Shown here in pieces: positions 24,991 to 33,308 of a stretch of DNA of 43,959 bases (position 1 is its first letter; every line of letters begins with the position of its first letter). Source of the DNA: a virus (Duplodnaviria; Heunggongvirae; Uroviricota; Caudoviricetes); IMG/VR virus record IMGVR_UViG_2925914267_000003, positions 1 through 43,959 of that record; one strand, given 5' to 3'. The position numbers were made by a program, and so were the translations under genes. The notes beneath the pieces are model-generated. The model ran no database searches and had not been told where the DNA came from. It was given only the letters and a program-made list of their open reading frames with translations.

Positions 24991-25215
24991 TCATGAAACA
25001 GGCAACAACGTGGCCGTTACAATCCCTGCCATATTTGCGTTCAGATCACATTCAACAGAAATTTCTTCATCCGTGGCATCCACTTCATATGTCCGGGAAT
25101 AACACTCCGTGCATTTACCACTGAAGATATCCTTAACCAGAACACGTCCACGCTGCAAAACCCTAAATGGAATCGTTCCGTTAAAGGGCTTTACGGTTAC
25201 CAGTAATCTCTTCAT
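24991..25215 (-). CDS. hypothetical small protein
   Basis: track ORF trimmed to internal ATG (MKRLLVTVKPFNG...) preceded by GGAGGGG SD; CxxC pair near C-terminus. Confidence 0.5.
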   Translation of the reverse strand: MKRLLVTVKPFNGTIPFRVLQRGRVLVKDIFSGKCTECYSRTYEVDATDEEISVECDLNANMAGIVTATLLPVS

Positions 25216-25389
25216 ATCCCCTCCGGATAAAAATGCCCCTTGCCGCCCGGGCTGTTGTTCAAAGTTCATCCTGATTCGGGCAAGATTCAGAATGTATAAG
25301 ACAAATTGGCACACACAGCAGAATTTCATGCTTTCCGGACGCTGGCGCACCCTTCATTTTTCAGCGAAATATTCTGCTCTTACGGGCGA

Positions 25390-25587
25390 TCAGCTCTGCA
25401 GACACTGTCGAACACCGTCGACAATTTCGCAGACCTGAGAAGCCGTATCGAAAAGCTGGCGCGCCTTATCCAGGCTGACGCATCCCACCAGGAAAAAAGG
25501 CACCAGTATCGCTACCAGTGCCCATTTCGCCGCCGTTCGCGGCATTCTGTGTGTCCGGCGTTTTCGCTTCATCTCACTATCCACCAA
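25390..25587 (-). CDS. small lipoprotein (lipobox LVGC)
   Basis: 65-aa track ORF; basic N-terminus, hydrophobic h-region AKWALVAILVPFFLVGC with lipobox Cys; short Cys-containing mature part. Confidence 0.5.
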   Translation of the reverse strand: MVDSEMKRKRRTHRMPRTAAKWALVAILVPFFLVGCVSLDKARQLFDTASQVCEIVDGVRQCLQS

Positions 25588-25711
25588 TCAATCCGGATAA
25601 GCTCAATACTCGCCAGGCGGTGGAAATGAAAATGGCAACCAACATTGCTGAAAATGAAAGGCCAACAACCACACAGAGAATTCGCGCCAGTTTTATAATG
25701 CTATCTGACAT
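25577..25711 (-). CDS. small single-TMD membrane peptide
   Basis: internal ATG of a GTG-started track ORF; 44 aa MSDSIIKLARILCVVVGLSFSAMLVAIFISTAW...; G-rich SD. Confidence 0.35.
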   Translation of the reverse strand: MSDSIIKLARILCVVVGLSFSAMLVAIFISTAWRVLSLSGLIGG

Positions 25712-25858
25712 ATTTACCCCTGCCCCACTTACGATTTCACAGCAATGATCAATTTTGCCATCCCATACAGCATCGGAGACACAGTGATACCGACCGCCAC
25801 CCACTTAATGGCAAAAGCCACCGCCCGGATAAGGCAGAGATTCGCCGGATTTTCTGTC

Positions 25859-26011
25859 TTATCTACAAACATATGCTATCGCTGCAACCGCAAAACCAAT
25901 TGCCCCGATCATTGCCGATAATGCAAGAATAATTCCGGCAATATTTGCTGCTTTAGGTGTCATACTGCCCCCTATACTCAGAAAGGTTTTATTGTTATCC
26001 TTTACCTGCAT
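25859..26011 (-). CDS. small single-TMD membrane peptide
   Basis: 50-codon ORF read by hand (not in track, below its size cut-off): MQVKDNNKTFLSIGGSMTPKAANIAGIILALSAMIGAIGFAVAAIAYVCR; GGAGA SD 7 nt upstream. Confidence 0.4.
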   Translation of the reverse strand: MQVKDNNKTFLSIGGSMTPKAANIAGIILALSAMIGAIGFAVAAIAYVCR

Positions 26012-26081
26012 GAATTATCTCCATGTCTAATTTGTCAAAATGCAACCCCGGACTGTTCCCCCAGCCGGGGTTTTGCTTTAC

Positions 26082-26465
26082 TTATCGTTTCAACTGAAAG
26101 TGAGGCCCGTCCTTTAACGACCGCCACTCACCACCCCATTCGATGGGGGTATTCAGCTCTGCGGCAGCCTGCTTAAATGCCTGTGCGATTTCCTCGTACA
26201 GAGGCCAGTCCCATGACACCTGGCTGCCAATGTAGGCAACAACATCCACCGCATCACCGGTCAGGTGGCGGCTGTTCATGGTCTGGCTCTTGCCTTCTGC
26301 AACCAGCTGTTTCTGGCGATACTTACTGCGCAGGCCTTCCGTAATACCGAAATCAACCTCCGTCAGCTCCAGCGCACGGCGAACTACAGCAACCAGCTGT
26401 GGTTTGACGCCCTCCAGATTTTTTTCGCTTCGACGACTGAATCTGAATTTACCCGACACATTCAC
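26082..26465 (-). CDS. endolysin, peptidase M15 family (phage T5 L-alanyl-D-glutamate peptidase-like)
   Basis: 127-aa ORF; segments SEKNLEGVKPQLVAVVRRALELTEVDFGITEGLR and HLTGDAVDVVAY align with T5 endolysin as remembered; 4-nt overlap with upstream membrane protein gene. Confidence 0.8.
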   Translation of the reverse strand: MNVSGKFRFSRRSEKNLEGVKPQLVAVVRRALELTEVDFGITEGLRSKYRQKQLVAEGKSQTMNSRHLTGDAVDVVAYIGSQVSWDWPLYEEIAQAFKQAAAELNTPIEWGGEWRSLKDGPHFQLKR

Positions 26466-26749
26466 CTCAACAATGGAAAGATTCTTGCGACGCTCCCGCG
26501 TGCACGTATCACCAGCACGCAGAACAGCAGGTTAAAAAACACTTCCAGCCAGCCCGTTGCTAACGGGCGACCACACAGATAGCTGAGGGGCGCAAAGGCA
26601 TACAGCAGCATCAGCAGCCAGGCCAGCCACGACATCAGCGGTTTATGTCTCGACTCACCACGACGATAAAAAAAGAGCGTCAGCACGATAACCGTGCTTA
26701 ACGCCACATTCAGTAATCCGGGAAGGTTACTTAACATTACCGCCTCCAC
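26462..26749 (-). CDS. membrane protein, holin/antiholin-like
   Basis: 95-aa ORF with 2-3 predicted TMDs, directly upstream of endolysin. Confidence 0.45.
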   Translation of the reverse strand: MEAVMLSNLPGLLNVALSTVIVLTLFFYRRGESRHKPLMSWLAWLLMLLYAFAPLSYLCGRPLATGWLEVFFNLLFCVLVIRARGSVARIFPLLR

Positions 26750-27116
26750 CCCGCAGACGGGAGAACAGCCCGGATACCAGCGATGCGATATCCTGCTGGT
26801 GGATGAATGAGAGAATCTTCACCGACACCACCGATACCAGCACCGCACACAGCGCATCTGCCGATGTACCGTCATACCCTGTTTTTGATGCAATCCAGGC
26901 TGACAGCACGCGCGCCCCCAGCACGCCGACGATAAACGACACCAAAAAATGCGCCACCACACGCCAGACTGAAAGCGCCTGCGGCATCGTTGCCACAAAT
27001 AACGCCCCGGCGAACGCACCAAACACAATCCCGAAATCCGTTCCGGTAAACAGCCCGAATACCGTCGCCCCACCGAGCGCCGCAGCCGTGCCGGAACCAG
27101 ATAAGGGTTCAGACAT
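26727..27116 (-). CDS. holin-like membrane protein
   Basis: track ORF trimmed to ATG (MSEPLSGSG...) preceded by AGGAG SD; Gly/Ala-rich multi-TMD protein at head of lysis cassette. Confidence 0.5.
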   Translation of the reverse strand: MSEPLSGSGTAAALGGATVFGLFTGTDFGIVFGAFAGALFVATMPQALSVWRVVAHFLVSFIVGVLGARVLSAWIASKTGYDGTSADALCAVLVSVVSVKILSFIHQQDIASLVSGLFSRLRGGGGNVK

Positions 27117-27130
27117 ACGTTTTTCTCCTG

Positions 27131-27157
27131 TAAATAAAAAAGGGCCACCAGCGGCCC
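27131..27157 (-). terminator. rho-independent terminator immediately upstream of holin RBS
   Basis: stem gggcc/ggccc, 6-nt loop, U-run on minus strand (A-run on +). Confidence 0.5.
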
Positions 27158-27281
27158 GTAAAAACACCCCGTCAAAGGCGCCCGCAGATGCCTTTTGCGC
27201 GGCGTTATTTGATGTGATATGCGCCGGGTGTGGCGAGGATATGAAAAAGGCCCGCCGTAGCGAGCCATGAAAAAAATGAAT

Positions 27282-27306
27282 AAAAAAAACCGCCTGGTGC
27301 GGCGGT
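27282..27306 (-). terminator. rho-independent terminator downstream of tRNA array
   Basis: 6-bp stem accgcc/ggcggt, 6-nt loop, 7-8 nt U-run on minus strand. Confidence 0.6.
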
Positions 27307-27581
27307 TAAGGATGTATTTCCAAGTTTTGCTTAGTACGCGATTAATCTCAACGTTATTCTGAGCGATGCTTACAACATCAGAATGATGCATTACCGACCC
27401 TGCCAGGAAATACAAAATCTCCACCGATAATGCACCATTCTGCTGTCGTAAAAAAAATCAGCACTGAGGCTAACCTGGCCTCAAATCATAGCCAGAGAAC
27501 AGAATGTCTCTTAAAACAACCTGCTCCCACGTAATAAAAAATACGCCAGTGCTGCAATACAATAAGGCTTATTTCAAATGC

Positions 27582-27656
<75 letters not shown>

Positions 27657-27659
27657 ATA

Positions 27660-27735
<76 letters not shown>

Positions 27736-27737
27736 AC

Positions 27738-27814
27738 TGGCCCGCCACCGAGGACTCGAACCTCGCACCATCAACTTAGAAGGTTGATGCTCTATCCGGA
27801 TGAGCTAGTAGCGG
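27738..27814 (-). tRNA. tRNA-Arg (anticodon UCU)
   Basis: 77-nt cloverleaf: anticodon stem TCAAC/GTTGA, loop CTTCTAA, T-arm CGAGG TTCGAGT CCTCG, 3' CCA encoded. Confidence 0.7.
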
Positions 27815-27815
27815 C

Positions 27816-27891
27816 TGGTGGCCCTTGCTGGATTTGAACCAGCGACCTGGCGATTATGAGTCGCTCGCTCTCACCACTGAGCTAAAGGGCC
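27816..27891 (-). tRNA. tRNA with CAU anticodon (Ile2/lysidine type or Met), ileX/ileZ-like
   Basis: 76-nt cloverleaf GGCCCTTTAGCTCAGTGGTGAGAGCGAGCGACTCATAATCGCCAGGTCGCTGGTTCAAATCCAGCAAGGGCCACCA; resembles E. coli ileX as remembered. Confidence 0.75.
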
Positions 27892-27994
27892 GGGCGCAGG
27901 ATAATAACGTTACGAAATCAATGTTGCAAGCATTCAAAAATCCCCCTTATCTCCTCCACCAGCGCATTCACCATGTCTATCCGAGATAAGTGGC

Positions 27995-28020
27995 ACAAAA
28001 AACCCGCTTGTGGGCGGGTT
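27995..28020 (-). terminator. terminator hairpin just downstream of Q-like gene (tR'-like)
   Basis: stem cccgc/gcggg flanked by A-run (27996-28002) and T-run (28019-28023); can terminate in either direction. Confidence 0.55.
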
Positions 28021-28085
28021 TTGTTTGCTTTTGCCATCACGTACAAAATCGGCAAAATATCAGATTTGCATGAAATATATGCCTT

Positions 28086-28781
28086 TCAATCTACTTTTGC
28101 AACACTTCGCTTTGAAAATGCCGCCTTTTGTTTTGAGCGTGTTCTCATTACAAACAATAAAGCCTCACTATCAAGTCGGTGAAAAATGTGTTTCATTGCA
28201 ACCCAGTGACGAGTAAATGTTTTGGACCAGTTTTTAGTTGTCACTCCCGCCAGTAATGCCAGCTCCTGGTATTCATAACCTTCCCCACCAAAAAGCTCTG
28301 CTTTTACTGCCTGCGCCGCCAGCCAGATTAATTTTTTCAGGCGTTCCTGCGTTTTCCCTGCAATTTTTCTGGTACCGGATTGAGTATTAAATTCATTCCA
28401 CGCCCACCGTGTTATCGCGATCTGATATTCCCAACAAATACTCCCGCTGTAACACCACAACAACCAGGCTTTATGATGTTCTTCAAGAGACAGAACAGCC
28501 CGCCGCCACGATGATGTCGAAAACTCAACCGGACTGACCAGAGGAATTGATGCCCCCTTCGCCAGCGATTGCTTTCCCGGGATTGGTGGATTATCCCGCG
28601 TTATCATTTTTCCAGTCACTTCATCGCGGTACCGGATTTTTTTTCGCCTGTAACGCCCTGTATCGAACATGGCATTCTCCTGCCAGGCTTCAAGCTGCCC
28701 TTTTGTTGATCCACTCAAATCGGCGGTGGCAATCATGAGTTGCTCACGAACAAACTGTAAATACTGGTTATTCATGCGCAC
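28086..28781 (-). CDS. putative late-gene antiterminator Q-like protein
   Basis: 231-aa ORF located where Q sits in lambdoid phages (upstream of terminator, tRNAs and lysis genes); family assignment is positional plus weak recall, not motif-proven. Confidence 0.45.
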   Translation of the reverse strand: MRMNNQYLQFVREQLMIATADLSGSTKGQLEAWQENAMFDTGRYRRKKIRYRDEVTGKMITRDNPPIPGKQSLAKGASIPLVSPVEFSTSSWRRAVLSLEEHHKAWLLWCYSGSICWEYQIAITRWAWNEFNTQSGTRKIAGKTQERLKKLIWLAAQAVKAELFGGEGYEYQELALLAGVTTKNWSKTFTRHWVAMKHIFHRLDSEALLFVMRTRSKQKAAFSKRSVAKVD

Positions 28782-29137
28782 TCCAGTTCTGTGATTTTTA
28801 TCCCCAACCGCCCACCAGGAACAAGCTGACCGCGCACAATATTAATTTCATCAAACTGCTCGTCGTCGATAAGCAACCCCGCATGTGTCAGTGCATCCAG
28901 TGGTGCTTTCAGGATATTGTCCAGGTCACGACGACGTTTATCCGGTGGCTCTGCAATCACCTTTATCGCCAGCCTTCCGGACAGGTTTAATTTCAGCCGC
29001 TGCTGGCGAACAATTAGCGCCACATCACGGCGATAACGCTCACCGGCTTTTGATACAAAATATGTGCTGCCACGACGTCGCCAGTAGGTGTTCACCGTTG
29101 GCGGGTAAGGCAAAACAAATTCTATGCGTTCGGTCAT
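28772..29137 (-). CDS. rusA: Holliday junction resolvase RusA
   Basis: 121-aa ORF; RusA motif region ...PPDKRRRDLDNILKAPLDALTHAGLLIDDEQ... parallels E. coli RusA ([30 protein letters not shown]). Confidence 0.85.
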   Translation of the reverse strand: MTERIEFVLPYPPTVNTYWRRRGSTYFVSKAGERYRRDVALIVRQQRLKLNLSGRLAIKVIAEPPDKRRRDLDNILKAPLDALTHAGLLIDDEQFDEINIVRGQLVPGGRLGIKITELECA

Positions 29138-30265
29138 TTATGCTTTCCACTTCAGGACACCCGAATTTCTCGCGTGCATTAAAAAACGAATCAGCAACAA
29201 CAGCTGGCTGCCGTGTTTTTCTTCAAAATCTTTTACCCCGGCGTGCAGTTCGTTATGACATTTACGGCACAGCGGAATAACAAACAAATCATCAGCCTTT
29301 GTTCCCATCCCTCCCAGTCCATGACCAATGATGTGATGCGGATCATCTGCCTGATTACCGCACGTCATGCATTTCTGCGTTTTTACCCAGCGCGTGTATA
29401 CAGGCATCTCTTCCCGTTGTGGTTTCTGGCGCTGGAGATACTGAGCCGGTGACTCCGGATCAACGGCAATGCTTACCACCGTCTTTTCCTGTGGCGGGTT
29501 TTGCTGGTGGGCGTGAGGCAGTGGCGCAATACTTTTTGTGCGCTGCTTCAGCATGCTGGTGGCGGTCTGCTCTCCCGGCACGATGTCGCTCTCGCGGTAT
29601 ACTGAGCGAATTTTTTCCGCGCGTAATCCCAGCGAACGACGTAACACCGTCTCCGGTAGTGCGTCCGCTACGTTATTTATGGTTGCCCACCAGGATAATT
29701 CAGCCAGCGATAATTCCCGCTCCTGCGTGCCATTCATTGCGTGGCGGATGACATCAATCATCCATGCTGACAGGTTTTGGTGAGCAAGTTGCTCGAGTGA
29801 TTCGGATGTCTGGTCACGCAGCTGGTTGTCGCAGTGCCAGCACAACACCATTGCGCCGGTACCATAACGGTGAATGACGGTTTCGCTGTGATGATAATCG
29901 CCGTGTGGCCACTGGCAGGATTTAATATGGCGCAACAGCCAGTCAGACAATGCACCAGCACCACCAGCAGCACGAATCACCCGTGCGTTACTGAAAAACG
30001 GCAGCAATGTTTTGTGTTCCACCAGCGGCTGGCGAACGGCAGGGACGACTCCGGATGGCAGGCCGCACATGCTTTTCGGTTCCGGCTCCACCAGCACTCG
30101 AGGATTGTGAAATACCTGCATGGATTCACGACCTGGCTTAAGGACCACCAGCCCGAGTTCCGGTACCAGAACGGGTCGAAGTAATACCCGCACGTTACCT
30201 CCAGATCCGTTGCTGGAATGTGCGGGACGGACGCGGTGGGCGTTCGGAGTAAGGGAGCCTGACAT
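29138..30265 (-). CDS. DUF968-like protein (Qin YdfU-like) with C-terminal Cys/His cluster
   Basis: 375-aa track ORF; C-terminal CMTCGN...HHIIGHG...CRKCHNELH zinc-finger/HNH-like motif; track start overlaps the upstream gene by 70 nt, alternative internal ATG at 30121. Confidence 0.55.
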   Translation of the reverse strand: MSGSLTPNAHRVRPAHSSNGSGGNVRVLLRPVLVPELGLVVLKPGRESMQVFHNPRVLVEPEPKSMCGLPSGVVPAVRQPLVEHKTLLPFFSNARVIRAAGGAGALSDWLLRHIKSCQWPHGDYHHSETVIHRYGTGAMVLCWHCDNQLRDQTSESLEQLAHQNLSAWMIDVIRHAMNGTQERELSLAELSWWATINNVADALPETVLRRSLGLRAEKIRSVYRESDIVPGEQTATSMLKQRTKSIAPLPHAHQQNPPQEKTVVSIAVDPESPAQYLQRQKPQREEMPVYTRWVKTQKCMTCGNQADDPHHIIGHGLGGMGTKADDLFVIPLCRKCHNELHAGVKDFEEKHGSQLLLLIRFLMHARNSGVLKWKA

Positions 30266-30467
30266 AGATTATCCAGTGACGATAATCGAGGCTGAGGGCT
30301 TTCTTAATCTCGTATCCGCGTCTGCGGTAGTTATGAATTAGCCATTCGGCCTGTTCTTCAGTACATGGTGGGTGTTGGTACCAGTCGGTTTTAAATGCGT
30401 GTGAACGCCGCCCGTGCCGGATGGCAAGGTCGGTATCAGAATTGTGAAATTTGGTTTTGTGCGCCAT
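30195..30467 (-). CDS. hypothetical small protein
   Basis: track ORF trimmed to internal ATG (MAHKTKFHNSDTDLAIRHG...); 90 aa, basic. Confidence 0.4.
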   Translation of the reverse strand: MAHKTKFHNSDTDLAIRHGRRSHAFKTDWYQHPPCTEEQAEWLIHNYRRRGYEIKKALSLDYRHWIIYVRLPYSERPPRPSRTFQQRIWR

Positions 30468-30582
30468 CGGTTGTCTCTGCTGGCGCAGCAGGTGCCAGTT
30501 GTTCAGGCTGGCGTGCGAATTGTAAACCAGAATGCCAGGAAAAAACAAAACCCGCCGAAGCGGGTTTTCATTGGAAGCACCT

Positions 30583-31077
30583 TTAGTTTTGCTGTTCTAT
30601 TTTAAGCTTGATAGTTTCATACAAAACAATAGTTGCGCCTGTTTTACATAATTCCCGGCTGTCATACGCGCGAGACCAATAACACAACCAGTTCTCGAGA
30701 TCTTCTCGAGTATAGGTTTTGCAGGCCAGTCCCTCTGCCATTTCCACGATTTCATCGCCTGGTGCTGTTAACTCATAGCCATTCAACAACAAGAAGACGT
30801 AACCAGCCATCATTGCTGTGCGCTTGTTTGCATTAGCGAATGGATGATTCTGAATCAGACTTTCAATCAATACCGATGCCAGTACAAACATGTCATTAGT
30901 CTGTTCATACCATCGAACCATGCTGGGACGGGCCTGAGAAGAACTTAAGTTATCTGGACTCAGAACACCAACGGGCTCATCTGGCGTCTGTAATTCAATT
31001 AGGGAATGATTGATTTCAACAAGATCATCAACCGTAAGGTAATGCACTCCTTCAACAATCTCAGCCATAGAGCACAA
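30583..31077 (-). CDS. Doc-family (Fic fold) toxin-like protein
   Basis: 164-aa ORF containing HPFANANKRTA, matching the Doc motif H-x-F-x-(D/N)-(A/G)-N-K-R (P1 Doc HIFNDANKRTA as remembered) rather than the Fic HPFx(D/E)GNGR motif. Confidence 0.7.
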   Translation of the reverse strand: MCSMAEIVEGVHYLTVDDLVEINHSLIELQTPDEPVGVLSPDNLSSSQARPSMVRWYEQTNDMFVLASVLIESLIQNHPFANANKRTAMMAGYVFLLLNGYELTAPGDEIVEMAEGLACKTYTREDLENWLCYWSRAYDSRELCKTGATIVLYETIKLKIEQQN

Positions 31078-31086
31078 TACCCATCA

Positions 31087-31266
31087 TTACACTTTTGAAA
31101 GTTCTTCCATGGCTTTCTCATAACGAGAAAAACCGAAATCAAAAGCATTTTTCACTTGTTCACGATGTGCGCAGTTTTCATCAATCACTGGGCGAGGGAC
31201 TGCCACAACGCTTTTATCGCGAGGCGGAATACTCAACCGCGTGTGTTTTTTGAGTGGGCAGCTCAT
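31087..31266 (-). CDS. putative antitoxin partner of the Doc-like toxin (unrecognised family)
   Basis: 59-aa ORF from internal ATG (MSCPLKKHTRLSIPPRDK...) with AAAGGA SD; stop lies ~10 nt upstream of the Doc-like start; Cys/His pairs; assignment positional only. Confidence 0.35.
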   Translation of the reverse strand: MSCPLKKHTRLSIPPRDKSVVAVPRPVIDENCAHREQVKNAFDFGFSRYEKAMEELSKV

Positions 31267-31483
31267 ACTAATGAGTCCTTTTGTTTTCCGATTATTGGCA
31301 ACGCCATGCACCAAATTTGATGCAAAATAGATCTGTTTGAGATCCTTAGGATAGTCTAATGGTAGCTAAAATTACAACCTCATAATGCGACGAAAAACCC
31401 GCCGAAGCGGGTTAAGTGCGGGTGCGTTGAGGATGCCTGACACATCAGAGGCGGCGAGGGATTTCTCCCTCGCCTGGTCACTC

Positions 31484-31639
31484 TTACCCTCTAGATTCGT
31501 AGTCTACGAAGACAGCGACCTCCGTCTGGCCGGTTCGGATTCGTACCTCGCAGAGGTCTTTCCTCGTTACCAGTGCCGTCACTATGACGGTTAAACAGAT
31601 GACGATAAGGGCGATTAACATCGCCTTTTGCTGCTTCAT
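31484..31639 (-). CDS. hok: Hok/Gef family type I toxin (HokD/RelF-like)
   Basis: 51-aa peptide MKQQKAMLIALIVICLTVIVTALVTRKDLCEVRIRTGQTEVAVFVDYESRG from internal ATG of track ORF 31484-31696; single TMD plus conserved KDLCEV/RTGQTEVAVF core. Confidence 0.8.
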   Translation of the reverse strand: MKQQKAMLIALIVICLTVIVTALVTRKDLCEVRIRTGQTEVAVFVDYESRG

Positions 31640-31929
31640 AGCCTGCTTCTCCTTGCCTTTCGGCACGTAAGAGGCTAACCTACATTTGTGAGACATAGAT
31701 TGAGCCTCAGATTAATGTTAAGCGTCTTGCAGGACGCGTAATGTTAACTGGGGCTTTTCTCTATCTGCCTTTGGTGTTCATGCCTGAGACAGATAGCCTC
31801 AAGCACCCGCAGCAATTCTACTTAACTCCCCTTTCACTGCAAACCGTTTTTATCCCCAGCGGCAAATCGAATACACAACAAGTGCTACCGCCATTGCAAT
31901 TCCTGTCGTTGTGAATGCCTCCGGCCAGG

Positions 31930-32352
31930 TTATCGTAAAACATCCTCCGCGCTTATCAGCCCATTCCGCTCCAGATACCCCATCGCCATATCCGGTAATT
32001 TGCAATCTGGTTTCGCTTTTTTCAACTGACTTACCAATTGTTTAACCAGCATTGTCAACTCTTCCTCATGTGAAAGTGATGCCGGTTGCGCAGCGTACAG
32101 GGGTTTTGGCGCAATGGCTGAGTGTTTTGCGTATGCCGCAACAGATTCAGCATTGAACAAAACCATATTGTGAGCACAGGACCATGCAACTGGCATTGCT
32201 TCAAGTGAGGCAAGCGCAATACGGGCAAGCGCAAGATCCATTTCAATGGCAACTCTTGAAGTCTTAAACACGGTCTGTCGCGCAGCAAATTCCATGGATT
32301 TCACACTTTCATTAGCATGAGCAATCAATTGCTCTCTGGTAAATTTCGTCAT
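31930..32352 (-). CDS. hypothetical protein
   Basis: track ORF trimmed to ATG (MTKFTREQLIAHANE...); no recognisable motif. Confidence 0.45.
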   Translation of the reverse strand: MTKFTREQLIAHANESVKSMEFAARQTVFKTSRVAIEMDLALARIALASLEAMPVAWSCAHNMVLFNAESVAAYAKHSAIAPKPLYAAQPASLSHEEELTMLVKQLVSQLKKAKPDCKLPDMAMGYLERNGLISAEDVLR

Positions 32353-32523
32353 ATTTTTCTCATCCAGTCCTGTCGCTATGCCTGCGCAACCATTACCCCA
32401 CAATTACATCACAGGGGGTAATGGTTGCAATTCAGTGGCCACCGCGAGATTCACATCATTCACAATAAATCATAAAAATACACGCAATCACAGACCATAA
32501 TAAAAGAACTGTTTCGGCCACAA

Positions 32524-32874
32524 TCACAAGACCTTCCCACATTTCTTTTTCCCACACCTCCTGAAACCAGAGAATCGGCATATCGCCCCCCTCTGAAAAA
32601 CAACCACATGCCCTAGCTTCTCCGCCAGAGCCAGTTCCGCTTTAGCGCCTGCTGACCGCTGCCAGCCTTGCAGCATGTAAATCGCATCCACGCAACGAAT
32701 CATCGCCATGCAGATATCCATGTAGTGTGGCTGTGTCAGCCCGTCCGGAAGTACTGCCGGGTTCAAGACTGTATGCCCTTCCCGTTTCAGTTCCTCTTCC
32801 GCCTTGTGGAACGCCTCACGGTTGAAATTTTTATACCCGGTCATCGGACCAGCGATATAAACCCTCACCCTCAC
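32524..32874 (-). CDS. DUF4406-like protein (nucleoside 2-deoxyribosyltransferase-like fold)
   Basis: 116-aa ORF beginning MRVRVYIAGPMTGYKNFNREAF..., the hallmark N-terminus of this family as remembered. Confidence 0.5.
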   Translation of the reverse strand: MRVRVYIAGPMTGYKNFNREAFHKAEEELKREGHTVLNPAVLPDGLTQPHYMDICMAMIRCVDAIYMLQGWQRSAGAKAELALAEKLGHVVVFQRGAICRFSGFRRCGKKKCGKVL

Positions 32875-33308
32875 GCCATCACCTCCTGAAAATTACCCTG
32901 ATAAAACGCCAGCACTCGCTGCATAACCTCACTCTTCCGGCACTCGCGACAGATTATGTTCAGACGCCTGTCGTAACGACGTATTTCTCCGTCGGGTAAT
33001 GACCAGATAAGGTCAGGATCAACCACAACCGGTTTCTTCACCTTTGCCCTTGATAGTTTTTTACGGGCATTTTGCCAGTCCTTACGAGCCTGTTCAGAGG
33101 GAAATAACCCATAGCCAGAGTTGTATACATCGCCACTGGCAACCAGCTCTCTGGCAAGAACGCTCACCAGATATCTTGTCGCACCTGTCTTGGCTTCCAG
33201 TTGTCGTAACGTCTCGCGCCCACTCCGGCGTACCAGCTCAACAACCTGCCCTTTAATTTTTTCTCGCTCTTCTTGTGTAAATACTTTTGCCATAAGCGCC
33301 TCCGGCAA
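32871..33308 (-). CDS. hypothetical protein
   Basis: 145-aa track ORF; basic; CxxC near C-terminus. Confidence 0.4.
   Translation of the reverse strand: MPEALMAKVFTQEEREKIKGQVVELVRRSGRETLRQLEAKTGATRYLVSVLARELVASGDVYNSGYGLFPSEQARKDWQNARKKLSRAKVKKPVVVDPDLIWSLPDGEIRRYDRRLNIICRECRKSEVMQRVLAFYQGNFQEVMA

Noticed and set aside
26819-27424. 201-aa minus-strand ORF overlapping the holin-like gene and extending across two terminator hairpins
   Set aside because: Different frame from the SD-supported holin ORF, Cys/Arg-rich, runs through predicted terminators
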